Positions 1 to 7,897 of a stretch of 24,000 nucleotides of DNA are shown one piece after another. Under the pieces are notes generated by a model. The model was not told the DNA's origin. It saw only the letters and a program-made list of their open reading frames with translations, and did not search any database. The stretch's first letter is position 1. Every line of letters starts with the position of its first letter. Location: NCBI RefSeq assembly GCF_042886615.1, contig NZ_JBHVQN010000004.1, forward strand, positions 407,374-431,373. The letters are read 5' to 3'. A program made the translations under genes and the position numbers. The stretch comes from Gottfriedia sp. NPDC057991 (GTDB lineage: Bacteria > Bacillota > Bacilli > Bacillales > Bacillaceae_G).

Positions 1-921
1 TACGAAGCGATCATAAATTGATTCTTCTACTAATATTCTTGATCCAGATGAACAAACTTGACCTGAACCTGCATAAATTCCAAATAGAGCATAATCGACA
101 GCCGTTTCAAAATCTGCATCTGCAAAAATGATATTCGGAGATTTCCCACCAAGCTCAAGTGATACTTTTTTCATCGTATCTGCCGCTGTTTTCATGATAT
201 GTTTACCTGTTTTTGTTCCACCTGTGAATGAAACCATATCAACATCAGGGTTGGCAGCGATTTCATTTCCAACCACCGGACCAGCACCCATAACCATATT
301 TGCTACACCTTGTGGAAGACCAACCTCTTCAAAAATTTCAAATAATTTCTTAGGAGTCACTGGTGTTACTTCTGATGGTTTGAAAACAATTGTATTACCT
401 GCCGCTAACGCAGGAGCAATTTTCCATATACTCATTAATAGCGGATAGTTCCAAGGAACAATTAATCCGCATACTCCTATTGGTTCACGAACAACCATCG
501 CCTGCATAGGATCTGCTACATGATAAGTAAACCCATCTGGCTTTGTAATTAATCCTGCATAATAACGAAAACAAGCTGCTGCATCAGCAACATCAAAGCC
601 CGCTTCACGATGTGGTTTTCCATTATCTAACGTTTCAAGTTTTGTTAATTCTTCTTGGTACTCTTCTATTTTGTCTGCAATTTTAAATAAGTAAGTTGCT
701 CTTTCTTGAGCAGATAAATCAGACCATCTTCCATCATTGAATGCTTTACGAGCAACATCAATTGCTTCTTTCGCATCTTCAACCGTTCCTTCAGGAGCAT
801 ATGCAATGATTTCTCCATTTGCTGGGTTAATAACAGGGCGTTTCTCATGATTGCTAGAATCTTTCCATTCGCCATTAATAAACATCTTTAAATCAATTGT
901 TTTAAATTGAACATCGACCAT
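1..921 (-). CDS. NAD(P)-dependent aldehyde dehydrogenase, aminoaldehyde/betaine-aldehyde DH-like; first 307 codons only, 3' end lies beyond window start
   Basis: Absent from the ORF track because no stop falls in the window. My minus-strand translation from ATG 921..919 reads MVDVQFKTIDLKMFINGEWKD...EPIGVCGLIVPWNYPLLM...FTGGTKTGKHIM...SLELGGKSPNIIF...GQVCSSGSRILVEESIYDRFV with no stop down to nt 1. ALDH hallmarks are present: VPWNYP, ELGGKSP and the catalytic-Cys motif GQVCSSG. SD TAAGGAGGG lies just upstream. Confidence 0.9.
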   Translation of the reverse strand, partial: MVDVQFKTIDLKMFINGEWKDSSNHEKRPVINPANGEIIAYAPEGTVEDAKEAIDVARKAFNDGRWSDLSAQERATYLFKIADKIEEYQEELTKLETLDNGKPHREAGFDVADAAACFRYYAGLITKPDGFTYHVADPMQAMVVREPIGVCGLIVPWNYPLLMSIWKIAPALAAGNTIVFKPSEVTPVTPKKLFEIFEEVGLPQGVANMVMGAGPVVGNEIAANPDVDMVSFTGGTKTGKHIMKTAADTMKKVSLELGGKSPNIIFADADFETAVDYALFGIYAGSGQVCSSGSRILVEESIYDRFV

Positions 922-962
922 TGTATATAAACCCTCCTTAAATTCTTAACAACTTAATAGAT

Positions 963-978
963 TGCAAGAACCGTGCCA
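963..978 (-). promoter_or_regulatory. sigma-54 (-24/-12) promoter of the aldehyde dehydrogenase gene
   Basis: Minus strand reads TTGGCACGGTTCTTGCAAT = TGGCAC-N5-TTGCA, a consensus match. The -12 element is about 40 nt upstream of ATG 921. Confidence 0.85.
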
Positions 979-1028
979 ACTTTAATACACCTAATTTATA
1001 AGGGTTTTACTTCAATAACCTGTACATT

Positions 1029-1067
1029 ATTATTCAATTTTGCATAACACTATTACAATTTGCATAA
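1029..1067. promoter_or_regulatory. Putative enhancer (UAS): tandem 17-bp direct repeat, 20-bp period, 50-90 bp upstream of the sigma-54 promoter
   Basis: TATTCAATTTTGCATAA (1031-1047) and TATTACAATTTGCATAA (1051-1067) match at 14/17 positions. ATTATTCAATTTTGCAT (1029-1045) recurs exactly at 5874-5890. Confidence 0.55.
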
Positions 1068-1184
1068 TCTTTAAAACTCGTAAAATTTCTATGATAATTA
1101 AACGTTTTTAAAACTATTTCTGTAAAACGACATATTAAGAAAATTCATTGCATAGGCTAGAACACCATGAAAGGAGGAATTATT

Positions 1185-1319
1185 ATGTTGCTTGCAGGAA
1201 CATGCATTGCGGTGGGACTCATCATCATATTCATGGCATTTAGTCTCTCGAGGGACCAAGTTAGTATGACTGAAGTAATTGATAGTAATGTTGAAAATAT
1301 AGGGGATTTAGAGAAATAA
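1185..1319 (+). CDS. Small hypothetical membrane peptide, 44 aa (below ORF-track cut-off)
   Basis: AAAGGAGG SD sits 7 nt before ATG 1185. Translation is MLLAGTCIAVGLIIIFMAFSLSRDQVSMTEVIDSNVENIGDLEK*, a hydrophobic N-terminal helix followed by an acidic tail. TAA 1317-1319 runs directly into a terminator hairpin. Confidence 0.5.
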   Translation: MLLAGTCIAVGLIIIFMAFSLSRDQVSMTEVIDSNVENIGDLEK

Positions 1320-1343
1320 AAAAACGCACTCTGTGCGTTTTTT
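1320..1343. terminator. Bidirectional rho-independent terminator shared by the 44-aa ORF (+) and the EBP gene (-)
   Basis: AAAAACGCAC-TCT-GTGCGTTTTTT: stem CGCAC/GTGCG extended by A:T pairs, with an A-tract on one side and a T-tract on the other. Confidence 0.7.
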
Positions 1344-3473
1344 CTAATTAAATGACATAAAGTCACTATTCATATTCTTTTCATTCATTATTTTTTGATA
1401 CTTGCGACTTACCGAGGACTGACTAATCCCTAAAACCTGTGCAGCCTTCGTTGTTGTTTTATATTGCTTCATCGCAAGCATAATAAGTTGCTCCTCAACA
1501 TAATCAATTGCTTCTTGTAGAGGAATTACTTTATTAATGACTGGTTTAGATTTATTGAAGTCATAGCTATTTGGTAAGAATTGATTAACATCCTCTGCAT
1601 TAATAATTTGATCTTCAGCAGAGACGACTAATCTTTCTATGATGTTTTGAAGTTCTCTGACATTCCCTGGCCAAGAATAAAATTCTAATACGTTAATTGC
1701 ATCTGGTGTAAGATGAAAACTCTTATTATATTTTTCATTTAATTGCTGTAAGAAATGGAAAGATAATAATGAGATATCTTCAATTCTTTCTCTTAATGGT
1801 GGAATGTTTAAAGGTATAACATTTAGTCGATAATACAAATCCTCCCTAAATGTACGATCCTCAACCATTTTTTCTAATCTTTTATTTGTAGCTGCAATAA
1901 TTTGTACATTTACTTTAATTGGCTTTGTACTTCCAACTGGAATTACTTCTTGTTCTTGAAGGACTCTAAGCAATTTAACTTGTAAATGCAATGGCATTTC
2001 ACCAATTTCATCTAAAAATAAAACGCCTTCATCTGCTTGCTTAAAATAGCCATCCTTATTTTGATCCGCTCCTGTAAACGCTCCCTTAATATAGCCAAAA
2101 AGCTCACTTTCCAGAAGATTTTCAGGTATTGCACCGCAATTTAATTTTAAAAACGGTTTTGCAGAACGGTTTCCTAATTGATGAATAGCCTGTGCAATTA
2201 CTTCCTTCCCTACACCAGACTCTCCATGCAGTAACACAGTGGAAGAAAAATCAGCAATTTTTTTCGCTTGATTGATGATTTGCTCCATTTTAGGACTGCA
2301 GTAAATCAGCTTTTTAACAAACTGATCCTTGCTCTTTATATCTTCTAGCTCCTTTTTATATTGCTCAGAAATCTTCTTCATTTCTTTTAATTCCGTTTTA
2401 AGGCGTGAAGTTTCTGTAATATCTCTAGAAGCAATAATAATACGCTCAATTTCCATATTCTCATCAAAAACCGGATTTCCTACTGCAAGTACTTTACGTC
2501 CATTAATTGTTTCTTGAACAATTGATACTTTCTTCTTTTTTTCTAAAACTAATTTTGTAACAGATGGCGTAAAAAGTCCTTGGTTTTCGAATTCTAAAAT
2601 ACTCTTTCCAAGTAGTTCCTTTAAATCTACATTCCAAAATCCAGGAATTATATTTTCACTGTAACGAATTAGCTCACCCTTGCGATTTACTACAAGTATT
2701 TCATCATAAATACTCGATAAAATAGCATTCAAATCTTTATTTAAATCTTTTACATATTCAATTTCGGAAGCCATTTCTTCAACCATTGGGAGATCTTGTA
2801 CAACAATAACGATTCCTTCAACCTCGTTATCAACGAAAATTGGGCTATAATCAACAAGAACACCCATATCGTCATTTATTTGAATCTGATTAAGAATTGT
2901 TTTACCTGTAGCAAATACATTTTCAACTTGTTCACCGCTAAAAATAGTTTCTGCTTTTGTATTAATTACTTTTTCAGATGTTGATTTAATCATTTTTAAC
3001 CCAGCATCATTGCAATTAATAATAACTTTATTTTTATCTACTACAAACGTTCCCATTGGTATTGAAGTCAAAATACTTTTTAATAAATCTACACTTTTAT
3101 TTTCTTGTTTGAAAAGCTCCGCTAATATATCTTCTCGAAGTATGTAACCTATTGGCATATCTTCTTCTTTTACGATCGAGATTGGTTCACCAATAATTTG
3201 AAATAGATCTGTTAATGAAATTTGCCCACTTAAGCAATAAACACTCTTAATTGATTGAGAGGAACTAGTAATCTTTGAAATTGCTATATTTTTCTTTTTA
3301 TCATTACCTTGAATAATATTATTGAATTGAACATAACCAAAAATCTGATTTTGCTTACGTAAGAATAAAAAGGGTTCATTTACATAGGATAAATCGATTT
3401 CATCATTTTCCTTGTACTGATCGATATCTATTGTGATGACTGGTCTTATTTGTTTCTCATTTATTGATAACAT
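1344..3473 (-). CDS. sigma-54-dependent transcriptional activator (bEBP): N-terminal ~130-aa sensor (CBS-pair-like?) + 2 PAS + AAA+ + C-terminal Fis-type HTH
   Basis: 709 aa. Walker A LHGESGVGKE, GAFTGA loop (YIKGAFTGAD), Walker B VLFLDEIGE, WPGNVRELQN, C-terminal HTH TTTKAAQVLGISQSSVSRK. Two PAS-like segments at about aa 135-245 and 255-365. SD AAGGGGGG before ATG 3473. Confidence 0.92.
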   Translation of the reverse strand: MLSINEKQIRPVITIDIDQYKENDEIDLSYVNEPFLFLRKQNQIFGYVQFNNIIQGNDKKKNIAISKITSSSQSIKSVYCLSGQISLTDLFQIIGEPISIVKEEDMPIGYILREDILAELFKQENKSVDLLKSILTSIPMGTFVVDKNKVIINCNDAGLKMIKSTSEKVINTKAETIFSGEQVENVFATGKTILNQIQINDDMGVLVDYSPIFVDNEVEGIVIVVQDLPMVEEMASEIEYVKDLNKDLNAILSSIYDEILVVNRKGELIRYSENIIPGFWNVDLKELLGKSILEFENQGLFTPSVTKLVLEKKKKVSIVQETINGRKVLAVGNPVFDENMEIERIIIASRDITETSRLKTELKEMKKISEQYKKELEDIKSKDQFVKKLIYCSPKMEQIINQAKKIADFSSTVLLHGESGVGKEVIAQAIHQLGNRSAKPFLKLNCGAIPENLLESELFGYIKGAFTGADQNKDGYFKQADEGVLFLDEIGEMPLHLQVKLLRVLQEQEVIPVGSTKPIKVNVQIIAATNKRLEKMVEDRTFREDLYYRLNVIPLNIPPLRERIEDISLLSFHFLQQLNEKYNKSFHLTPDAINVLEFYSWPGNVRELQNIIERLVVSAEDQIINAEDVNQFLPNSYDFNKSKPVINKVIPLQEAIDYVEEQLIMLAMKQYKTTTKAAQVLGISQSSVSRKYQKIMNEKNMNSDFMSFN

Positions 3474-3583
3474 TTCTTTCCCCCCTTATATCTAAACCAT
3501 TATACATTCCTATTTTAGCAGAATTTTTAAATTTATCATAAAAATCTAAAATTAAAATTTACTAATCTATTTAACTTAAACAA

Positions 3584-3633
3584 AAATAAAGGGCAGTCTC
3601 TTAAGTCTTTCGACCAGAGACACCCCTTTATTT
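3584..3633 (-). terminator. Rho-independent terminator ending the GDH operon
   Basis: Long hairpin AAAATAAAGGGCAGTCTCT...AGAGACACCCCTTTATTT (GTCTCT/AGAGAC plus GGG/CCC plus A/T extension). A T-rich tract follows on the minus strand. Confidence 0.7.
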
Positions 3634-3689
3634 GTTAGAAAAGAGAACGAACGCGTTAATTGATTCAAAATTATCTAATCACACTCTAC

Positions 3690-3938
3690 TCAATCGCTAG
3701 CCGTAACAAACAAATCCTCTTTAACATACGCAAGAACCATTCCAGGAACTATCTTGTCTCCAATTGAGACCTCCATTGAAACAACTTCACCGCTTATTCC
3801 TTGATGAATAATTTTTGTAACTCCATCTGTAGTTTTAATAAAGAATAACGGCTCCCATTCATAAATTCTTGAATCTTTCTGAATAGCAGTTTCTTCAACT
3901 GTTCCATGGTAGTCACTGACAATGACTCCATAATACAT
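3690..3938 (-). CDS. Small biotinyl/lipoyl-domain-like protein (82 aa), function unknown
   Basis: Start re-called to MYYGVIVS (GGAGTGA SD 8 nt upstream) instead of track start 3962. The pattern GTVEE...LFFIKTTDG...ISGEVVSMEVSIGDKIVPGMVLAYVKE resembles the hybrid-barrel of AccB/lipoyl domains. No (A/V)MK(M/L) motif is present. Confidence 0.6.
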   Translation of the reverse strand: MYYGVIVSDYHGTVEETAIQKDSRIYEWEPLFFIKTTDGVTKIIHQGISGEVVSMEVSIGDKIVPGMVLAYVKEDLFVTASD

Positions 3939-4047
3939 AAAGCTCACTCCTTTTTTGCACATTAAGAATGTTTTAAATTTCTCCGCCTCTGTCTTCGCCT
4001 TAAAGTTCGCTAATCAGCGAGTTTCCTATAAAAAATAATTCCTCATT

Positions 4048-4332
4048 TTATAACTCACAAATGTGTTTTGATGGTAAAACCATGCTAAAGAAATTTTGGA
4101 TTTCTGAAATATCTTCCTCAGCAATACCTAATTTAGGAGCCCAATAATGTTCAGATTGAATATCTTCTAAACATAATAACGACATTTTACTAGATTGAAT
4201 TGATGTAACCATTGATTTTCCATAAAAGTGACTTGAAAAGGCAATCGATAAATCATATCTATTATTTTGAGTTAATAAACAATAGTGGTGTACAAGCTGT
4301 TTTTCCGTTGATTCAGAAATAATATCGATCAT
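4048..4332 (-). CDS. Hypothetical protein (94 aa), no motif recognised
   Basis: Start re-called to MIDIISESTEKQ (AAGGAGA SD 8 nt upstream), 20 nt after the GDH stop. The track start 4383 would overlap the GDH 3' end and lacks an SD. Same strand and tight spacing imply co-transcription with GDH. Confidence 0.6.
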   Translation of the reverse strand: MIDIISESTEKQLVHHYCLLTQNNRYDLSIAFSSHFYGKSMVTSIQSSKMSLLCLEDIQSEHYWAPKLGIAEEDISEIQNFFSMVLPSKHICEL

Positions 4333-4352
4333 TCTAAATCTCTCCTTTTGTT

Positions 4353-5651
4353 TTAGTATTTTATCCAACCTCTCAAGCGACAAGCTTCAGCAATTTTACG
4401 AATGCCTTCGATATAAGCTGCTATTTTCATGTTTACATTATATTTTTGCGATGTTTTATAAACTTTTAAAAAGCTATCTGTCATTTTTTCTTTTAATCTC
4501 TCGTCTACAGTACTTTCAGACCAATAATAACCTTGCATATTTTGACACCATTCAAAATACGAAACAACAACCCCACCTGAGTTGGCTAAAATATCGGGAA
4601 CGACTAAAATCTCTTTTTGATCAAGGATTTCTAGCGCTTCTTTAGTAGTCGGTCCATTCGCTGCTTCAACAACAATCTTACATTTCAATTTATCCGCATT
4701 ACGGTTGTTTATCACTCCACTTATTGCTGCTGGAATTAAAACATCACATTCTTTTTCTAATAACTCTTGATTAGAAATCGCATTTTTAAATAAGTTAGAA
4801 ACAACTCCAAATGAATCTCTATTGTCTAATAAATATGGAATGTCTAAACCTTTTGGATCATAAATTCCTCCAAGTACATCTGAAACTCCAACAACCTTTG
4901 CTCCAGCTTCATGTAAGTATTGTGCTAAGTAACTACCAACATTTCCAAAGCCTTGAATAATGACTTTCATATTTTTAATCTCGATTTTCTGTATTTCACT
5001 AATTAGCTCGAGAGCATAAAATACTCCTTTTGATGTTGCCGTCTCTCGACCTACTGAACCTCCTAAAGTTATGGGTTTACCAGTAATAAAACTTGGCGAA
5101 TCAAACTCTCTAATATGGTCATATTCATCTAGCATCCAAGCCATTACTTGTGCGTTTGTATACATATCAGGTGCTGGAATATCTTTAGTAGGTCCTACAA
5201 TTTGGCTTACAGCTCTTACATAACCTCTACTTAATTTTTCTAGCTCATTCATGCTTAATAGTCTTGGGTCACAAACAACCCCACCTTTTGCTCCACCATA
5301 AGGTAAATCAGTAATACTACACTTTAAACTCATCCAGCCAGCTAATGCTTTTACTTCCTCTGGCGTTACATCAGGATGAAATCTGATTCCCCCTTTTGTA
5401 GGTCCTAATGCATCATTATGTTGTGCTCTATATCCTTGAAATACTTTCGTCTCACCATTATCCATTTGAACGGGAATACTAAATTCTAAAAATCGCATTG
5501 GTGTTTTAAGGAAATCAAATACTTGGCTCGGATAGTTCATTATGCCAATTGCTTCATTTAGCGTTTCTCTAAACTCCTGAAGGGAATCATCTATTTCTAT
5601 CTGCTCACTACTCTTTTCAATTTGTTCTGCTTCAGTTAAATTTGAGCTCAT
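4353..5651 (-). CDS. rocG: NAD-specific glutamate dehydrogenase, rocG-like (catabolic, sigma-54 transcribed)
   Basis: Motifs GPTKGGIRFHP, PYGGAKGG (catalytic Lys region), Rossmann GFGNVG, ANGPTT. Start set at MSSNLTEAEQ (GAGGTG SD 6 nt upstream). A sigma-54 promoter lies directly upstream, as for B. subtilis rocG. Confidence 0.9.
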   Translation of the reverse strand: MSSNLTEAEQIEKSSEQIEIDDSLQEFRETLNEAIGIMNYPSQVFDFLKTPMRFLEFSIPVQMDNGETKVFQGYRAQHNDALGPTKGGIRFHPDVTPEEVKALAGWMSLKCSITDLPYGGAKGGVVCDPRLLSMNELEKLSRGYVRAVSQIVGPTKDIPAPDMYTNAQVMAWMLDEYDHIREFDSPSFITGKPITLGGSVGRETATSKGVFYALELISEIQKIEIKNMKVIIQGFGNVGSYLAQYLHEAGAKVVGVSDVLGGIYDPKGLDIPYLLDNRDSFGVVSNLFKNAISNQELLEKECDVLIPAAISGVINNRNADKLKCKIVVEAANGPTTKEALEILDQKEILVVPDILANSGGVVVSYFEWCQNMQGYYWSESTVDERLKEKMTDSFLKVYKTSQKYNVNMKIAAYIEGIRKIAEACRLRGWIKY

Positions 5652-5686
5652 TTTACACACCTCATTAGTTATTTTTAAAATTTAAT

Positions 5687-5702
5687 AGCAATTCCTGTGC
5701 CA
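5687..5702 (-). promoter_or_regulatory. sigma-54 (-24/-12) promoter of the GDH operon
   Basis: Minus strand reads TTGGCACAGGAATTGCTAT = TGGCAC-N5-TTGCT, about 36 nt upstream of ATG 5651. Confidence 0.85.
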
Positions 5703-5866
5703 ACTTGAAATCATTTCATCATTTTGTGATGAGATAAAACAGACAAATGCTTATTAGATAGGCAATTATAAGACTTTCATTACTTTTTATATTTTTTCGA
5801 ATGATCCTTAAAAGTCGTTTTTTCTTCAAGAACCAAATTCGATTTTTTAGTGGATATATGATTAAA

Positions 5867-5926
5867 TGCATGAATTATTCAATTTTGCATTAATCATTAT
5901 TCAAAATTGAATTACCTAATTTGCAC
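5867..5926. promoter_or_regulatory. Putative enhancer (UAS) for the GDH sigma-54 promoter: array of A/T-TGCAT-type repeats
   Basis: AAATGCAT (5867), ATTATTCAATTTTGCAT (5874-5890, exact copy of 1029-1045), TATTCAAAATTGAATTA (5898-5914, 14/17 to its neighbour) and AATTTGCAC (5922). Spacing is about 19-22 bp. The array lies 165-225 bp upstream of the -24 element. Confidence 0.55.
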
Positions 5927-5977
5927 TCTCAAGGAAGGAGAAAATGTAAACCAACAATTCTGGTATAGATCAAAACG

Positions 5978-6012
5978 CAAAAAAGCCACAAGGAAATTAA
6001 TTGCCTTGTGAC
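5978..6012 (-). terminator. Rho-independent terminator of the PuuP-like permease gene
   Basis: Minus strand: CACAAGG-caattaatttc-CCTTGTG followed by GCTTTTTT. Confidence 0.7.
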
Positions 6013-6032
6013 TTTTCGTCTTTGTGTGTTTA

Positions 6033-7370
6033 TTACACCGCAGCTTCTTCTTCATATTTAGGAGGTGCAATTTGGAATGCCTTTGTAAGATAAATTAAAT
6101 ATAATAAACCAACGACGAACCAAATTGTTCCCATTATTAATGAGCTTTTTTCAATGTTGAACCATAGGATTGCTACAGATGCGGCCCCAATTAAAGGCAA
6201 AATTAGGTAAGAAAAGGTGCCCTTGACTGATCTAAGCTTTCTTCGAATGTAAAAATGGTTAATGACTGATAAATTAACAAAAGTAAATGCCATTAATGCT
6301 CCGAAGTTAATTAATGAAGTAGCTGTTACCAAGTTGAAAAAAATGGCTGATAATGAAATCACTCCAACGAAAATTACATTAAATGCTGGTGTTTTCCATT
6401 TTGGATGAACGAATCCAAACCATTTATCTGGGAAAACTTTGTCGCGCCCCATTACATATAACAAACGTGAGACACTCGCATGTGATGCCAATGCAGAAGC
6501 TAGTGTATTAATAAAGGTAATGCATAAGAAAATTGATTGAAATAATTTACCACCTACATATAATGCAATCTCTGGTGATGCAGCATCTGGATGCTTAAAT
6601 CTAGATATGTCCGGATAGTATAGTTGAATGAAAAATGATGTAACTGTGAAGATTACGCCTCCCCAAAGTGCTGTGTAAAGAATTGCTTTAGGAATTGTTT
6701 TTGCTGGGTTTATTGCCTCTTCTGATAAAGTAGAAACAGCATCAAATCCTAAGAATGAGAAGCAAAGAATTGTTGCACCGGTTACTAATGTACCAAAATG
6801 CATTCCTACATTAAAAAGTGGTTTTATACTGAATCCGCCATAACCTTCTCCATGATGTAAGCCTTGGATTACAAGAACGATAAAGACAACCATAATCGCA
6901 AGCTGAACTAATACAAAGAAGGTATTGAAATTCGCCAGCATATTAATACTTCTTAAGTTTAAGAAAGTAACTAGTACTACAAATCCAATTACCCAAATCC
7001 AAGTTGGAACATTAGGAAAAAGGGCATTTAAGTAAATTTTAGTTAATAAAGCATTTACCATCGGTAGGAACAAGTAATCTAATAATGATGACCAGCCAAC
7101 TAGAAAACCTAAGTGTCCACTAATTGCTTTCTGGGTATATGTATAAGCTGACCCAGCTTCAGGAAATTCTCTTACAAGCTTTCCGTAGCTAACCGCTGTA
7201 AATAACATTCCTATTAGAGCTACTATATATGCACTTGGTACGTGACCATTAGTTACATCAGATACAATTCCAAATGTGTCGAAAACAACCATAGGGGTCA
7301 TATAGGCTAACCCCATCATAACTACTTGCCATAACTTTAAGGATCTTTTTAACTGTGTTTTATTTTCCAC
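6033..7370 (-). CDS. puuP: APC-family putrescine importer, PuuP/PlaP type
   Basis: 445 aa, about 12 TM segments. Long colinear motif matches to E. coli PuuP/PlaP as I recall them: [113 protein letters not shown] start with AAGGGGA SD. Confidence 0.85.
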   Translation of the reverse strand: MENKTQLKRSLKLWQVVMMGLAYMTPMVVFDTFGIVSDVTNGHVPSAYIVALIGMLFTAVSYGKLVREFPEAGSAYTYTQKAISGHLGFLVGWSSLLDYLFLPMVNALLTKIYLNALFPNVPTWIWVIGFVVLVTFLNLRSINMLANFNTFFVLVQLAIMVVFIVLVIQGLHHGEGYGGFSIKPLFNVGMHFGTLVTGATILCFSFLGFDAVSTLSEEAINPAKTIPKAILYTALWGGVIFTVTSFFIQLYYPDISRFKHPDAASPEIALYVGGKLFQSIFLCITFINTLASALASHASVSRLLYVMGRDKVFPDKWFGFVHPKWKTPAFNVIFVGVISLSAIFFNLVTATSLINFGALMAFTFVNLSVINHFYIRRKLRSVKGTFSYLILPLIGAASVAILWFNIEKSSLIMGTIWFVVGLLYLIYLTKAFQIAPPKYEEEAAV

Positions 7371-7492
7371 CTATCATATCCCCTTCGTTTTAGATTAAGC
7401 GCTTACACTACATTTACTACTTCTCTATAATTCTTACTTTTCCGACAGAAACCTCCTTTTTTTGAATATTTAAATAAGTCATTTTCTAGAAT

Positions 7493-7508
7493 TGCAAGTT
7501 TTATGCCA
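7493..7508 (-). promoter_or_regulatory. sigma-54 (-24/-12) promoter of the PuuP-like permease gene
   Basis: Minus strand reads TTGGCATAAAACTTGCAAT = TGGCAT-N5-TTGCA. The leader is about 110 nt. Confidence 0.8.
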
Positions 7509-7629
7509 AAATATTAATTTTTTGTAAACGTTATAAAGAACACCTACTATTGCTTTGAAATGATTAAGTATTGATCGAAAAAGCGAAATTCCTTTCACTA
7601 AAATCAACTTTTATGATTAGCCTGATTGT

Positions 7630-7665
7630 TATTCATTCCTGCATACATTATTCAAGACCTCATAG
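7630..7665. promoter_or_regulatory. Putative shared enhancer between the two divergent sigma-54 promoters (degenerate copy of the TATTCA-N5-TGCAT repeat)
   Basis: TATTCATTCCTGCATAC (7630-7646, 13/17 to 1031-1047) and TATTCAAGACCTCATAG (7649-7665, 11/17), 19-bp period. Confidence 0.4.
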
Positions 7666-7716
7666 GAATTACTTCTCTTTTTATATGAATCTCTAAATTA
7701 ATCCCATCTATTAGAC

Positions 7717-7732
7717 TGGCACGGAAGTTGCA
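7717..7732 (+). promoter_or_regulatory. sigma-54 (-24/-12) promoter of the plus-strand APC permease gene
   Basis: CTGGCACGGAAGTTGCATT = TGGCAC-N5-TTGCA on the plus strand. The leader to ATG 7898 is about 155 nt. Confidence 0.8.
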
Positions 7733-7897
7733 TTGATAACTGTAAAATATCACTCTGCCCAATTTTAGGTCCGAGCATAATATGTAGATTTTGTAGCCGA
7801 TTGATAATAAAACTTTTAGTTAATCAAATCGCATTAACTACGAGTTTAATTATAAGAAAATTCTGTTAATAAATTTCGAATTTGGAGGAGATGATTT

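Noticed and set aside
1157-1366. 69-aa minus-strand ORF overlapping the 44-aa plus-strand ORF.
   Set aside because: It reads through the bidirectional terminator at 1320-1343 and overlaps the EBP stop. It has no SD. The plus-strand 44-aa ORF has a much better SD and terminator context.
3963-4047. 85-nt gap between the 94-aa and 82-aa ORFs, examined for an internal promoter or terminator.
   Set aside because: It contains only a weak 5-bp hairpin (TCGCT…AGCGA) and no T-tract or -35/-10 pair. I treat the two ORFs as co-transcribed.
5931-5949. Strong SD (AAGGAAGGAG) followed by ATG-TAA, a start-stop mini-ORF on the plus strand.
   Set aside because: There is no plus-strand gene or promoter nearby, and it lies within the enhancer and terminator region of minus-strand genes. 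It is most likely coincidental.
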